A model generated the notes under the pieces. That model did no database searches and was not told where the DNA came from. It was given only the letters and a program-made list of their open reading frames with translations. This document shows, in pieces, positions 35,429 to 44,828 of a DNA stretch of 64,000 nt; positions within the stretch are counted from its first letter, which is position 1; each line of letters starts with the position of its first letter. This stretch comes from Defluviitaleaceae bacterium (GTDB taxonomy: Bacteria > Bacillota > Clostridia > Lachnospirales > WQUN01), in the NCBI GenBank assembly GCA_009780585.1, contig WQZS01000014.1, positions 227 to 64,226 of the forward strand, in the 5' to 3' direction. Position numbers and translations under genes: made by a program.

Positions 35429-37273
35429 ATGTGCGGTTTTTGCGGCTTCACAGGAAACGAATACAACGACGACGATAACACAGTCATCCGAAAAATGGCG
35501 GAGCGCGTATCCCATCGCGGGCCCGACGGCGAAGGGTATTACGTGGACGGGGATATATCCCTGGGCTTCCGCCGCCTCTCCTTTTTTGATTTAAAGCGCG
35601 GCGCACAGCCCATGCGTTCTTCGGACGGCGTATATTCGCTGGTGTTTAACGGTGAAATCTATAACTTCATCGAGCTGCGGGCGGAGCTTGCGGTCAAGGG
35701 CCATGTCTTCGAAACCACAGCCGATACCGAGGTTCTCTTGCACATGTACGAAGAATACGGCGGAGGGATGCTCGACCGCTTGCGCGGAATGTTCGCTTTT
35801 GTCATTTATCATCACGCGTCGGGGGAGCTCTTCGCGGCGCGGGACTTCTTCGGGATCAAGCCCTTTTATTACGGCGTGTTCGGCGGGCAGTTATTGTTCG
35901 CTTCGGAGATAAAATCGTTTTTGGAATACCCCGCCTTCGTGCGCGAGCTCAACCCCCTTGCGCTGGAGGCGTATCTGTCCTTCCAGTATTCCGCGTTGGA
36001 CGAAACGTTCTTCAAAGGCGTTTACAAGCTCCCTCCCGCGCATTTTATGCGGTACAAGGGCGGCGAACTCACGCTCACGCGTTATTGGCAGGCGCGGTTT
36101 AACCCCGTGGAAAGCTACAAGGGCAAACGCGGACTTAACGACATCGTCGAGCAAATCGACGCGGCGGTGAAGGATTCCGTCGGCTACCACCAACGCGCGG
36201 ACGTGGAGCTGGGGACGTTCCTTTCCGGCGGATGGGATTCGAGTTATATCACGGCGGTGTCCAAGGTTGAAAAGTCTTTTTCCGTAGGCTTCGAATACGA
36301 AGGCTTTTCGGAAATCGAAAGCGCGAAATCGTTGGCGAAGGCTAAAGGTATCGAAAATATTTCGAAAAACATCACGACAACCGAATTTTGGGATGCGCTC
36401 CCGGCCATCCAATACCATATGGACGAACCCCTGGCGGACCCCGCGGCTATCGGGCTGTACTTCGTGTGCCGCATGGCCGGCGGCTATGTAAAGGGCGCGC
36501 TGACGGGCGAAGGCGCGGACGAGTTGTTCGGCGGGTACGAGCATTACCACCGTATGTACAACCTCAGCTTCACGAAGGTAATACCCCTTGCGCTGCGCCG
36601 CTTGATCGGCAAGTGGGCGGGTAAAATCCCCTTCGAATTTAAGGGTAAGCGGTTTTTGCAATCGGCGGGCAAACCGCCGGAGGAACGTTATATCGGTAAT
36701 TTCCATACGTTCACCGACGAGGACCGCGCGGAAATCTTGCAACCCGAAATGCTGCACAATCTGCGTACCATTGATATTACGCGTCCCTACTACGACCAAG
36801 CCCGCGAAATGGGCTACGACGATATCACCAAGATGCAATACCTTGACCTGCACCTGTGGATGGTGGGCGATATCTTGTTGAAAGCGGATAAGATGTCCAT
36901 GGCCAATTCTTTTGAAATCCGCGTACCGTTTTTGGACCGCGAGGTGTTTTCCGTTGCCGCGTCCATCCCCACGCGCTACCGCGTCAACCGTAAGGGCGCG
37001 AAATACGCCCTGCGCCAAGCGGCGTTGCGCAACTTCCCCGACGGTAAAGGCAAAATGCGCCGCGGCTTCCCCGTACCCACGCGGTTGTGGCTGCGCGAGG
37101 AAAAATATTACGCGGTCGTACGCGAGGCGTTTGAAAAGGAATTCGTCGGGCGTATCTTCCGAAGGGACAAGCTCTTGCAATTACTAGACAGGCACAAATT
37201 AGGCAAGGCGGACCATTCCCGCATGATTTGGACGATATATATGTTTATTTTGTGGCACGAACGCTTTTTTTAG
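35429..37273 (+). CDS. asnB: asparagine synthase (glutamine-hydrolysing)
   Basis: MCGF N-terminal nucleophile Cys and the SGGWDSS PP-loop. Confidence 0.92.
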   Translation: MCGFCGFTGNEYNDDDNTVIRKMAERVSHRGPDGEGYYVDGDISLGFRRLSFFDLKRGAQPMRSSDGVYSLVFNGEIYNFIELRAELAVKGHVFETTADTEVLLHMYEEYGGGMLDRLRGMFAFVIYHHASGELFAARDFFGIKPFYYGVFGGQLLFASEIKSFLEYPAFVRELNPLALEAYLSFQYSALDETFFKGVYKLPPAHFMRYKGGELTLTRYWQARFNPVESYKGKRGLNDIVEQIDAAVKDSVGYHQRADVELGTFLSGGWDSSYITAVSKVEKSFSVGFEYEGFSEIESAKSLAKAKGIENISKNITTTEFWDALPAIQYHMDEPLADPAAIGLYFVCRMAGGYVKGALTGEGADELFGGYEHYHRMYNLSFTKVIPLALRRLIGKWAGKIPFEFKGKRFLQSAGKPPEERYIGNFHTFTDEDRAEILQPEMLHNLRTIDITRPYYDQAREMGYDDITKMQYLDLHLWMVGDILLKADKMSMANSFEIRVPFLDREVFSVAASIPTRYRVNRKGAKYALRQAALRNFPDGKGKMRRGFPVPTRLWLREEKYYAVVREAFEKEFVGRIFRRDKLLQLLDRHKLGKADHSRMIWTIYMFILWHERFF

Positions 37274-37304
37274 TATATAATGACGGGCGAAAGGAGAATT
37301 CCGG

Positions 37305-38672
37305 ATGCCCTCCCCCATGCTCTTTGTAACAATCGTCAATTATTTACTCATCGCGTACGTAATCTTTGTGCAACGCCGCAATACCGCCGCCACATGGGCT
37401 TGGATCGTGGCTATGGCGTTCCTTCCCATATTCGGATTTATTTTGTACCTCATGGGCGGGCAGGATATCCGCAAGCAACGCGTCTTTTTACAAAAATATA
37501 ACGACGACTCCCTGATGCACCGCGTATACCGTGAAATGGGGTTGGGCGCGGACGAAGGCGATACCACCCACGACAACCGAATTACCCTGTTTTATGACGG
37601 TAAAACGAAGTTTGACGCGCTGCTGGAGGACATTGCCAAGGCGCGCGAATATATCTACATACAATATTATATCTTCCGCGGGGACGAAATCGGCCGTCGG
37701 TTGGTGCGCAAGCTGGCCGAACGCGCCATGGACGGGCTGGACGTACGCCTGCTGGTGGACGGTACGGGCTGTTATTTTACGGCGAAGGATACGTTTAAGC
37801 CCCTAACCAACGCGCGGGGCAAGCTGGGGCTGTTCTTGCCCCCTTTTTTAATGCGACTCAACTACCGCAACCACAGGAAATTGGCGGTCATCGACGGGGA
37901 AATCGCCTATCTCGGCGGTTCGAACATCGGTAAGGAATACCTCGGCATGTCGGAACGCTTCGGCTTTTGGCGCGATTCGCACATGCGGCTGACGGGCGGC
38001 GCGGTCAATCCGCTTATCCTGCGTTTTATCATGGACTGGAACTTCAGCGTAAAAAATAAATCGGACAAGCTGGATGTGCATCCCCGTTTGTTTAAAGCAC
38101 CCGCCGTTTCGGATACGGTCGGGGGATCGAGCATCCAAATCCTGTCTTCGGGGCCGGACACGACCGACCCGCATGTACTCCACGGCTTTTGCACCATGAT
38201 TATGAACGCGAAAAAATCCATTTACATCCAAACGCCTTACTTCGTACCCGACGACGCGTTGTTTACGTGCCTTCGCATCGCCGCGCTCCGCGGGGTGGAC
38301 GTACGCATCATGTACCCCGGCAAGCCCGACCACCCCTTCGTGTATTGGGCCAGCTCCAGCTACATGGGCGAATTGATGTGCGCGGGCGTACGGGGCTACG
38401 AATACACCGAGGGCTTCATCCATTGCAAGACCGTAATGGTCGATTCGGAAATCTGCGCCATCGGCACGGCGAACATGGACGTGCGCAGTTTTAAGATAAA
38501 TTTCGAGACCCATGCATTTATCGCCGATGTTTGGGCAACGATCGAATTGGAGAAATCGTTCCTCACCGACATGAAGGACTGCCGTGAACTGACGTTGGAG
38601 GCGTATAACAAACGCCGGCGTATGATAAAGGTAAAGGAATCGATATCACGGTTATTTTCACCGCTTTTATAA
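37305..38672 (+). CDS. cls: cardiolipin synthase
   Basis: Two PLD HKD motifs (HRKLAVIDG; HCKTVMVD) and N-terminal TM helices. Confidence 0.9.
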   Translation: MPSPMLFVTIVNYLLIAYVIFVQRRNTAATWAWIVAMAFLPIFGFILYLMGGQDIRKQRVFLQKYNDDSLMHRVYREMGLGADEGDTTHDNRITLFYDGKTKFDALLEDIAKAREYIYIQYYIFRGDEIGRRLVRKLAERAMDGLDVRLLVDGTGCYFTAKDTFKPLTNARGKLGLFLPPFLMRLNYRNHRKLAVIDGEIAYLGGSNIGKEYLGMSERFGFWRDSHMRLTGGAVNPLILRFIMDWNFSVKNKSDKLDVHPRLFKAPAVSDTVGGSSIQILSSGPDTTDPHVLHGFCTMIMNAKKSIYIQTPYFVPDDALFTCLRIAALRGVDVRIMYPGKPDHPFVYWASSSYMGELMCAGVRGYEYTEGFIHCKTVMVDSEICAIGTANMDVRSFKINFETHAFIADVWATIELEKSFLTDMKDCRELTLEAYNKRRRMIKVKESISRLFSPLL

Positions 38673-38695
38673 ACGAAAGGGGAATATTACGTAAA

Positions 38696-39079
38696 ATGAA
38701 GTTAATTTATATCGCGGACGATGATTTGCACATACGGGAGGCGTTGAAGGCTTTTTTGGAAAACGCCGGATACACCGTTGAAGCGTTTGAAAGCGGGGAT
38801 TTATTGCTGGCTGCCTTTGGGGACAAGGCTGCGGATTTGGTCGTGTTGGACGTGATGATGCCAGGGTCGAACGGCTTCGCCGTGTGTAAGGAGCTTCGGC
38901 GCGTAAGCCATGTGCCGATCTTTATGCTGACGGCACGCGACAGCGATTTGGATTACCAAACGGGGCTTGATTTGGGCGCGGACGATTTCTTTACCAAGCC
39001 CGTGAGCCCGATGACGTTTGTCATGCGGGTTAAGGCTTTGTTCCGGCGGATCGCTTACGAGCGGGGCGACGTTGTTTAA
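38696..39079 (+). CDS. response regulator, receiver domain only (no output domain)
   Basis: DDD...DLVVLDVMMPG...MLTAR...K receiver motifs. It ends 10 aa after the KALFRR helix, where OmpR-type regulators continue into a wHTH. Confidence 0.8.
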   Translation: MKLIYIADDDLHIREALKAFLENAGYTVEAFESGDLLLAAFGDKAADLVVLDVMMPGSNGFAVCKELRRVSHVPIFMLTARDSDLDYQTGLDLGADDFFTKPVSPMTFVMRVKALFRRIAYERGDVV

Positions 39080-40400
39080 CCGTTTAAGGCGTAATTTGCG
39101 GGGCAGTATCCTTACTGCCTTTTCTTTGTTGCTGTTTTTATCGTTCGCCTTGGTGTTCGTCATCTTTAACGTAGCGGTCAGACAATACATCCGCCACCAC
39201 GCCGTTACGGAATTGTCCGAAACGCAGGAGCTGTACGATTATTTCGGCGGGTTTACCATGATCGTGCGTTCGGGGTTGTTCGGACAGCGTATCAATCATT
39301 TTTACTTTAGCGATAGGTTCGAATTGGTTTACGGCTACGCCGCCCCCACTACCGACACGATCGCGGGGGCGTTGCGCGAACGGGACCTGCCCCCTTCGCA
39401 AATCAATAATTTACGCTTGCCCACGGACGGCGGCACCTTTTACATAACCACGCAGCCCGTCAACGTTTTCGGCGAAGGCTGGCACGCTGTTTTTTATGTT
39501 GACATAACCGATATTTCGCGCTTTTCCAACCAGGTCAATATGCTATTGTTGCTGGTGGTGATGGTGATATGGTCGATGGCGATGATCATCGCAACCTTCC
39601 TTTCGAGTTCGCTCGCGCATCCGCTCTTTGTGCTTAACAATTTCGCGCGGCAAATCGGGCGGGGTGACTTCACGCAGAACGCGGAGTCCTTTAATAACGA
39701 GGAATTCGAAACGCTTAACCAAAGCCTAAACAACACCGCCAAGCAATTGGCCAAATACGACAACGACCAAAAGACCTTCTTCCAAAACGTTTCCCACGAA
39801 TTACGCACGCCGCTCATGTCCATTAAGAGTTATGCCGAGGGCATAAAGTACGGCATCATGGACGCGCAAAAGGCCAGCGATACGATACTTGAAGCCACCA
39901 ACCGCCTTACGGGTATGGTGGGCGAAATTCTGTACGTTTCGCGTATCGATAACATAACGACGCCCAACGAAGAGGACGTCGATTTGCGTGAGCTGATCGC
40001 CGAACGCATCCGCATCCACGAAAACCCGACGCAAAAGATAAAAATCAACCTAAACCACGATACCGAACCCGTGACTATCCCCTGCATCAAAGCCTATATC
40101 GAACGCGCGATCGACAACTTGATTTCAAACGCCTTGCGTTACGCGCGGACGGAAATCCACATCGAATGTTACGGCATCGGCCCCAAGGCCGTTATCCGCG
40201 TGATGGACGACGGCCCCGGCTTTGAGCCGGGCGCGCTGCCCCATGTATTCGAACGGTTTTACCGCGGCAAGAGCGGTTTGACGGGTATCGGTTTGTCCAT
40301 CGTAAAATCCATCGTCGAGCAGCACAACGGCACGGCATCGGCCGAAAACAATAAAAACGACGGCGCGGTATTGACCATTACGATACCGCGCAACCGCTAG
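39072..40400 (+). CDS. sensor histidine kinase (HisKA + HATPase_c, two TM + HAMP-like)
   Basis: H-box FFQNVSHELRTPL, N-box LISNALRYA and G-boxes DDGPGF and GLTGIGLSIV. Start placed at TTG 39072, which overlaps the regulator stop; the track start at 39018 lies inside the upstream gene. Confidence 0.85.
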   Translation: MFNRLRRNLRGSILTAFSLLLFLSFALVFVIFNVAVRQYIRHHAVTELSETQELYDYFGGFTMIVRSGLFGQRINHFYFSDRFELVYGYAAPTTDTIAGALRERDLPPSQINNLRLPTDGGTFYITTQPVNVFGEGWHAVFYVDITDISRFSNQVNMLLLLVVMVIWSMAMIIATFLSSSLAHPLFVLNNFARQIGRGDFTQNAESFNNEEFETLNQSLNNTAKQLAKYDNDQKTFFQNVSHELRTPLMSIKSYAEGIKYGIMDAQKASDTILEATNRLTGMVGEILYVSRIDNITTPNEEDVDLRELIAERIRIHENPTQKIKINLNHDTEPVTIPCIKAYIERAIDNLISNALRYARTEIHIECYGIGPKAVIRVMDDGPGFEPGALPHVFERFYRGKSGLTGIGLSIVKSIVEQHNGTASAENNKNDGAVLTITIPRNR

Positions 40401-40418
40401 AAAGCGAGGCAACCGATC

Positions 40419-41045
40419 ATGCCCATCCTCTTCCCCCCCAATGAATTCATCAAAGTCAAGGAATTACTCGTTTTGTACCGCTGCGCCCTTAGGAATATGG
40501 AGACGCGCATGGACATCCTGCTGGAGGACTTTGACAATTTGCAAAACCACAACCCCATCGAACATATCAAACGCCGCTTAAAATCCTACGAGAGCATCGC
40601 GCAGAAGCTGCACCGCTTGGGGCATCCCATCACAAGCGATTCAGCCCGCAAAAACCTGACCGACATCGCGGGTTTGCGGTGTATCTGCTCCTACGCGAAG
40701 GACATCACGTACATCGCGGACGTATTCAAGAACCAACCCGACATGAAGGTCATCAGCGAAAAGAACTACGTCACCAAGCCCAAGCCCTCGGGCTACCGCA
40801 GCCACCACATTATATTGGAAGTGCCGATCTACCTCACCGACACCGTACACCGTTTGCCCGTGGAGATCCAAATCCGCACGCAAGCCATGGACTTTTGGGC
40901 GTCGCTGGAGCATAAAATCCGTTACAAGTATAAAACGGGAATGCCCCCGCACCTGGCCGAAGGCTTGCGTGAATGTGCCGCGCAAATTTCCGACCTGGAC
41001 GAACGGATGTATAAGATACAGGAGCTCATTGATATCGCGTATTAA
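40419..41045 (+). CDS. small alarmone synthetase (RelQ/RelP-type GTP pyrophosphokinase)
   Basis: RelA/SpoT synthetase motifs DIAGLRCI, GYRSHHIILEV and EIQIRTQAMDFWASLEHK. 208 aa. Confidence 0.85.
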   Translation: MPILFPPNEFIKVKELLVLYRCALRNMETRMDILLEDFDNLQNHNPIEHIKRRLKSYESIAQKLHRLGHPITSDSARKNLTDIAGLRCICSYAKDITYIADVFKNQPDMKVISEKNYVTKPKPSGYRSHHIILEVPIYLTDTVHRLPVEIQIRTQAMDFWASLEHKIRYKYKTGMPPHLAEGLRECAAQISDLDERMYKIQELIDIAY

Positions 41046-41076
41046 TACTTTATATTTAAGCGAAGGGGATGAAACC

Positions 41077-42531
41077 ATGGTATACAAAATCCACATGGGA
41101 CCCGCAAAGTGCGCGGTCGATTTGGGTGACGGCAGCGAACGCGGCGAATACGTGAACCAGGACTATATCTTACACACCTTAGGGCGGCCGCACCGCGCCA
41201 TTAATCTGATGTATTGCTATTACCCCCTCGACGAAGGCTGGCCCGCGCGCGCAAGCACCCTCCCCACCAAGGGCGAGGTGTCCTATCAATGGGATTACGC
41301 GTACGACGACTACTTCCCCTATGGCGGCGGGTTGGAAGGCAATACGCTGGGCGAGCCCTTTACTTGTATGCGCGACATCCGCCAACACGGGCAGGACGTT
41401 ATCCTTACGCTGACGGTGGACTGCGGCGTTTCGGACGAACAGCTAAAACGCATCGCGGAAGATTTGCGCCTGTTCGGAAGATTGCAATTACGCATCAACC
41501 ACGAAGCCACGGGCAGTTGGTTCGCGTTCAGCAAGCGGTATTCCTACCAAGAGGTGGCGGACTTTTACGTGCGCTTCCATAAGATAATCAAACAAATCGC
41601 GCCCAACATACAAACGATCCTTTGCATCGGCGGCGCGCACACCTTACCCGACGGTAAAATGAAATACGAGGACGAATTCGCCGAGGCGATACGCGTCGCG
41701 GACATATGGTCGGCGGACGCGTACCTGTCCCTGCATTGGGGTTGGCCCTACGATGTAGCCGAACCCGGCGGAAACAGCCACAAGCGCGAGCTTAACGAAA
41801 AAACCATCCGCGAATTGAACGCGGAATTCGCGCGCTTTATGGAACGCGGGGAACATAAGAAGCGTCCTTTCTTGTTATCCGAAACCAATGCCGATGGCGA
41901 CGTCAACGGCCCATACGAGCAAGCCGAGCAGGTAAAGGACTTCTATGACCGCATCCCCGCCGAGCTGCCTAACCTTACCGGAATCACGATGTACCAGTTC
42001 CGCGACCGCGGGCGGTTGGGGCTGGAAATCGAGGACCCCAACAACCATCACGCGGGTATCCCGCAACCGCTGTTGGAAACATATAAAGAAATCATTGCGC
42101 AGCCCTACTTCTCCCCCGAGCTCACGAAGTGCGGCGAAGCGCAATTACCCCTCCCTCTCCGCTTACGCTGGGGCGGCAGCGAGGACGCCGAGGGCTTAGC
42201 CATCCCCATAACATTCGAAGCCAACCCGGTTTTTTGTGAAATCCTTTTTGAAAATAACTTAAAGGATTTATCCTTTATGGTGAAAATCAACGGTCAATGG
42301 TTCTACAAAAAGCCCGGGGTAACTACCGTTGATTTGATGTCCGCGTTTTATAAAAAACCGCCCCCGTGCGGGGGTGAATCCCCGACGGGAACGGTTATAG
42401 ATGTCCTGTTATTCGCCACGCCCCCCGAGGGTGTGAATGACCCCGCCCAAGGAGACGATTGGGACGTAAATCATTATACGCAAATCGAAACGCTTCCAAC
42501 GTTCCGCATAAGGTACAAGCCTACGCTGTAA
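41077..42531 (+). CDS. hypothetical protein, possibly a clan GH-A (TIM-barrel) glycoside hydrolase-like fold
   Basis: RINHEATGSW (NE) and LLSETNADG (SE) are spaced like the GH-A acid/base and nucleophile strands. Weak call from memory only. Start moved to ATG 41077. Confidence 0.35.
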   Translation: MVYKIHMGPAKCAVDLGDGSERGEYVNQDYILHTLGRPHRAINLMYCYYPLDEGWPARASTLPTKGEVSYQWDYAYDDYFPYGGGLEGNTLGEPFTCMRDIRQHGQDVILTLTVDCGVSDEQLKRIAEDLRLFGRLQLRINHEATGSWFAFSKRYSYQEVADFYVRFHKIIKQIAPNIQTILCIGGAHTLPDGKMKYEDEFAEAIRVADIWSADAYLSLHWGWPYDVAEPGGNSHKRELNEKTIRELNAEFARFMERGEHKKRPFLLSETNADGDVNGPYEQAEQVKDFYDRIPAELPNLTGITMYQFRDRGRLGLEIEDPNNHHAGIPQPLLETYKEIIAQPYFSPELTKCGEAQLPLPLRLRWGGSEDAEGLAIPITFEANPVFCEILFENNLKDLSFMVKINGQWFYKKPGVTTVDLMSAFYKKPPPCGGESPTGTVIDVLLFATPPEGVNDPAQGDDWDVNHYTQIETLPTFRIRYKPTL

Positions 42532-43249
42532 CGCTCCGCTTCGGCGGTTCAAAGGGCTGCTGCCAGTCGGTTATCACGGGATATTCGACGGGTGCGGCCC
42601 ATTTTATTGCGTTGGTGATGATGCGCTGCACCTCGGGCATGTAATAAATCGGGAAGGTTTCGTGGCCGGGGGAGAAGAAGAAGATCCTTCCCGCGCCGCG
42701 CTTGAAGGTACAGCCGCTGCGGAATACCTCGCCCCCCTCGTACCAACTGATGAACAGCAGCTCGTCGGGCGCGGGAATACAAAAATGCTCGCCGTACATT
42801 TCGGAGTTGGGGACGTCGAAATATTCGGGTACGCCTGCCGTAATGGGATGGTTATGTTCGATTTTCCATACGCGCTCGCGCTCGCCTACGTCGCGCCAGC
42901 GCAGTTTCCAAGGCTCCGCGCCCACCAGGCGTTGGAAGATTTTGCTGGCATGTGCCGAATGGAGCAGTATCAAGCCCATCCCCTTGATAACCCGCTGGCG
43001 TATACGCTCCACGATGCCGTCCTCTACCTTATGGTGGTAGCTGTGCGCCCAATACACCAATACGTCGGTATCGTTAAGCAACTCTTCCGTTAACCCATGC
43101 TCAGGCTGGGGCTGCAGCGCGACGCGCACCTCGCCGAACATTCCGCTTGCCTTTATAAAGTCTGCGATGGCGGTGTATATCCCTTGCGGATACGGACCGA
43201 TGGCACCCTCGGCTTCGTCCCAAACGGTTACGTTGATTTTTTGATTCAT
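42521..43249 (-). CDS. ThuA-domain protein
   Basis: INVTVWDE...DVLVYWAHSYHHKV...LILLHSAH pattern of the ThuA family. Confidence 0.7.
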   Translation of the reverse strand: MNQKINVTVWDEAEGAIGPYPQGIYTAIADFIKASGMFGEVRVALQPQPEHGLTEELLNDTDVLVYWAHSYHHKVEDGIVERIRQRVIKGMGLILLHSAHASKIFQRLVGAEPWKLRWRDVGERERVWKIEHNHPITAGVPEYFDVPNSEMYGEHFCIPAPDELLFISWYEGGEVFRSGCTFKRGAGRIFFFSPGHETFPIYYMPEVQRIITNAIKWAAPVEYPVITDWQQPFEPPKRSVTA

Positions 43250-43287
43250 GGCTGCCGCTCCTTTAATAAAAAGATACGGCGATTATA

Positions 43288-43917
43288 TCATATCATCCGC
43301 AGGTATTGCTCGCGGGTAAGGGCAAATTTCATCCGTTCCCGCAGCTTGCCGTCCAGGAATAACGCCTTCGGGTTCGCTTCTTCTTCGATAAAACCCGCTT
43401 TCGCCATGACCCTTTGCGTGGGGATGTTTTCCTTGAAGCAACCCGTGATTACGCGTTCGCAATTATCCTCTAAAAAAGCGAACGCCAAGACCCGCTTCAC
43501 CGCTTCGGTCATGTAGCCCTTATTTTGGTATTCAGGCATGATGAACCACCCCATGGGGTCGGCGGTTTTGCCTCCCATTGCTGTTACTTCGTAACCTGTT
43601 TTTATTATTCCGCAATCCGTTTTATTTAATTTGCAATCTGTTTCATTTATTTTATAACCCGGTATGATTATTTCATAACCACATGCTCCAATAATTTTAT
43701 CGCACCCTTTCAACGTCATGGCGAAGCGGCGTGCCGTCCCCGCCGCGTTTACGGCGATGGCGTTGCGCAGGCTTTCATGCGATTCCTCAAGGGAGCGGGT
43801 GACGATATCCCATAAATAATACATATTTTCCGCGTCGGACATCATGCGGTGGTACTCCGGCAAGTCAGCCTCCCGATAACCGCGCAGGATAAGCCGTTCG
43901 GTTTCCAGCGGCTTCAC
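43288..43917 (-). CDS. GNAT N-acetyltransferase (RimJ/RimL-like) with an AT-rich in-frame insertion
   Basis: ETERLILRGY N-terminus and the QNKGYMTEAVKRVLAFAF acetyl-CoA region. The segment PGYKINETDCKLNKTDCGIIKTGYEV is encoded by AT-rich DNA containing a 21-nt tandem duplication. Confidence 0.7.
   Translation of the reverse strand: MKPLETERLILRGYREADLPEYHRMMSDAENMYYLWDIVTRSLEESHESLRNAIAVNAAGTARRFAMTLKGCDKIIGACGYEIIIPGYKINETDCKLNKTDCGIIKTGYEVTAMGGKTADPMGWFIMPEYQNKGYMTEAVKRVLAFAFLEDNCERVITGCFKENIPTQRVMAKAGFIEEEANPKALFLDGKLRERMKFALTREQYLRMI
43606..43647. repeat. 2 x 21-nt imperfect tandem repeat inside the GNAT gene
   Basis: tattccgcaatccgttttatt and taatttgcaatctgtttcatt, encoding NKTDCGI and NETDCKL on the minus strand. 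Confidence 0.75.
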
Positions 43918-44726
43918 AGCGGCTTCCTCGCAAACAGCCGGTTAAACGCGTGCCCGTTCTCCGGGCGCTTTTCGTCAATAAATTCCGTAAAATCCTCCAC
44001 CCGCCAATCGTGGTAGTACATCAGGAGCTCACCCGATCGCCAGGGATATGACGGTATCCCGATATCGGGTACGGGTGCGGTGAAGGGCTTGGCCACACCC
44101 ACCGTAAAGGCGTTGAGCCCGCCCGCGTTCGTGTGCTTGCGGTAGTCTTCGATGATTTCGTCGCGCAGCTCGGGCTTGATGAAATGGAACACGCCGCGGG
44201 AATAAATGATGTCGTACTTACAGTCCAGCCTGTAATCAAATATATCCGACCGAAAGGCGTTGACGGGGACGCGTGCCTTTTCCGCCAGCCTCTTTGTCTT
44301 TTCGATGCCGTTAACGGAAAGGTCGGTCGCGCTCACCTCATACCCGCACCGCGCGAAGAAAACGGCGTCCCGCCCTTCGCCGCAAGCGATTTCCAACAGC
44401 TTTAGTCGCTTGCTCGGCGGCATAAGGGCAATGACCCGCAGACATTCCGGCGAAGGGTCCACCCCGCCGAAATATTCCTCCTTGCCGTACATTTCATCGA
44501 TAAAACTTACGGGCGGGTCAAACGCCCGGTACCCCAGCAGCTTATCCACGCTTATGCGCAGAATTTCCGCCAAGCGGGGCAGCAGGGTGATGTCGGGCAT
44601 GGCTTGCCCTGTTTCCCATTTGCTGACGGCTTGGAAGGTGACGTCAAGCATCTTACCCAGTTCCTCCTGGGTGAGCTTAAGCTCCTTGCGGTAGCGCGCG
44701 ATATTGCCCGCGATTAAATTCTTCAT
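43914..44726 (-). CDS. XRE-type HTH domain fused to a class I SAM-dependent methyltransferase (TehB-like)
   Basis: LKLTQEELGKMLDVTFQAVSKWETGQ HTH and LLEIACGEGRDAVFFARCGYEVSATDLS SAM motif. Start moved to ATG 44726. Confidence 0.7.
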   Translation of the reverse strand: MKNLIAGNIARYRKELKLTQEELGKMLDVTFQAVSKWETGQAMPDITLLPRLAEILRISVDKLLGYRAFDPPVSFIDEMYGKEEYFGGVDPSPECLRVIALMPPSKRLKLLEIACGEGRDAVFFARCGYEVSATDLSVNGIEKTKRLAEKARVPVNAFRSDIFDYRLDCKYDIIYSRGVFHFIKPELRDEIIEDYRKHTNAGGLNAFTVGVAKPFTAPVPDIGIPSYPWRSGELLMYYHDWRVEDFTEFIDEKRPENGHAFNRLFARKPL

Positions 44727-44733
44727 ATAAAAA

Positions 44734-44770
44734 CCCCCGAATGTGATAACGCGATTATCACATTCGGGGG
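44734..44770 (-). terminator. 16-bp perfect hairpin + T-tract (minus strand) immediately upstream of the HTH-methyltransferase start
   Basis: CCCCCGAATGTGATAA, cgcga, TTATCACATTCGGGGG. On the minus strand it is followed by TTTTTAT ATG. It may act as a terminator for 44829..45290, as an RBS-sequestering structure, or as a palindromic operator. Confidence 0.55.
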
Positions 44771-44828
44771 TGTATTTAATCAATAACGTATTTTTTGAGT
44801 TTTTATCAGATTCAACTTTTATGCGAGT

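Noticed and set aside
35891-37180. 429-aa minus-strand ORF.
   Set aside because: It is a shadow ORF antisense to asnB, typical of GC-rich coding DNA, with a low-complexity Arg/Gly/Ala-rich translation. The same reasoning applies to 2628..3473 (-), 10651..11373 (-), 27457..28302 (+), 28307..29161 (+), 58719..59963 (+), 60861..61373 (+) and the many other overlapping track ORFs.
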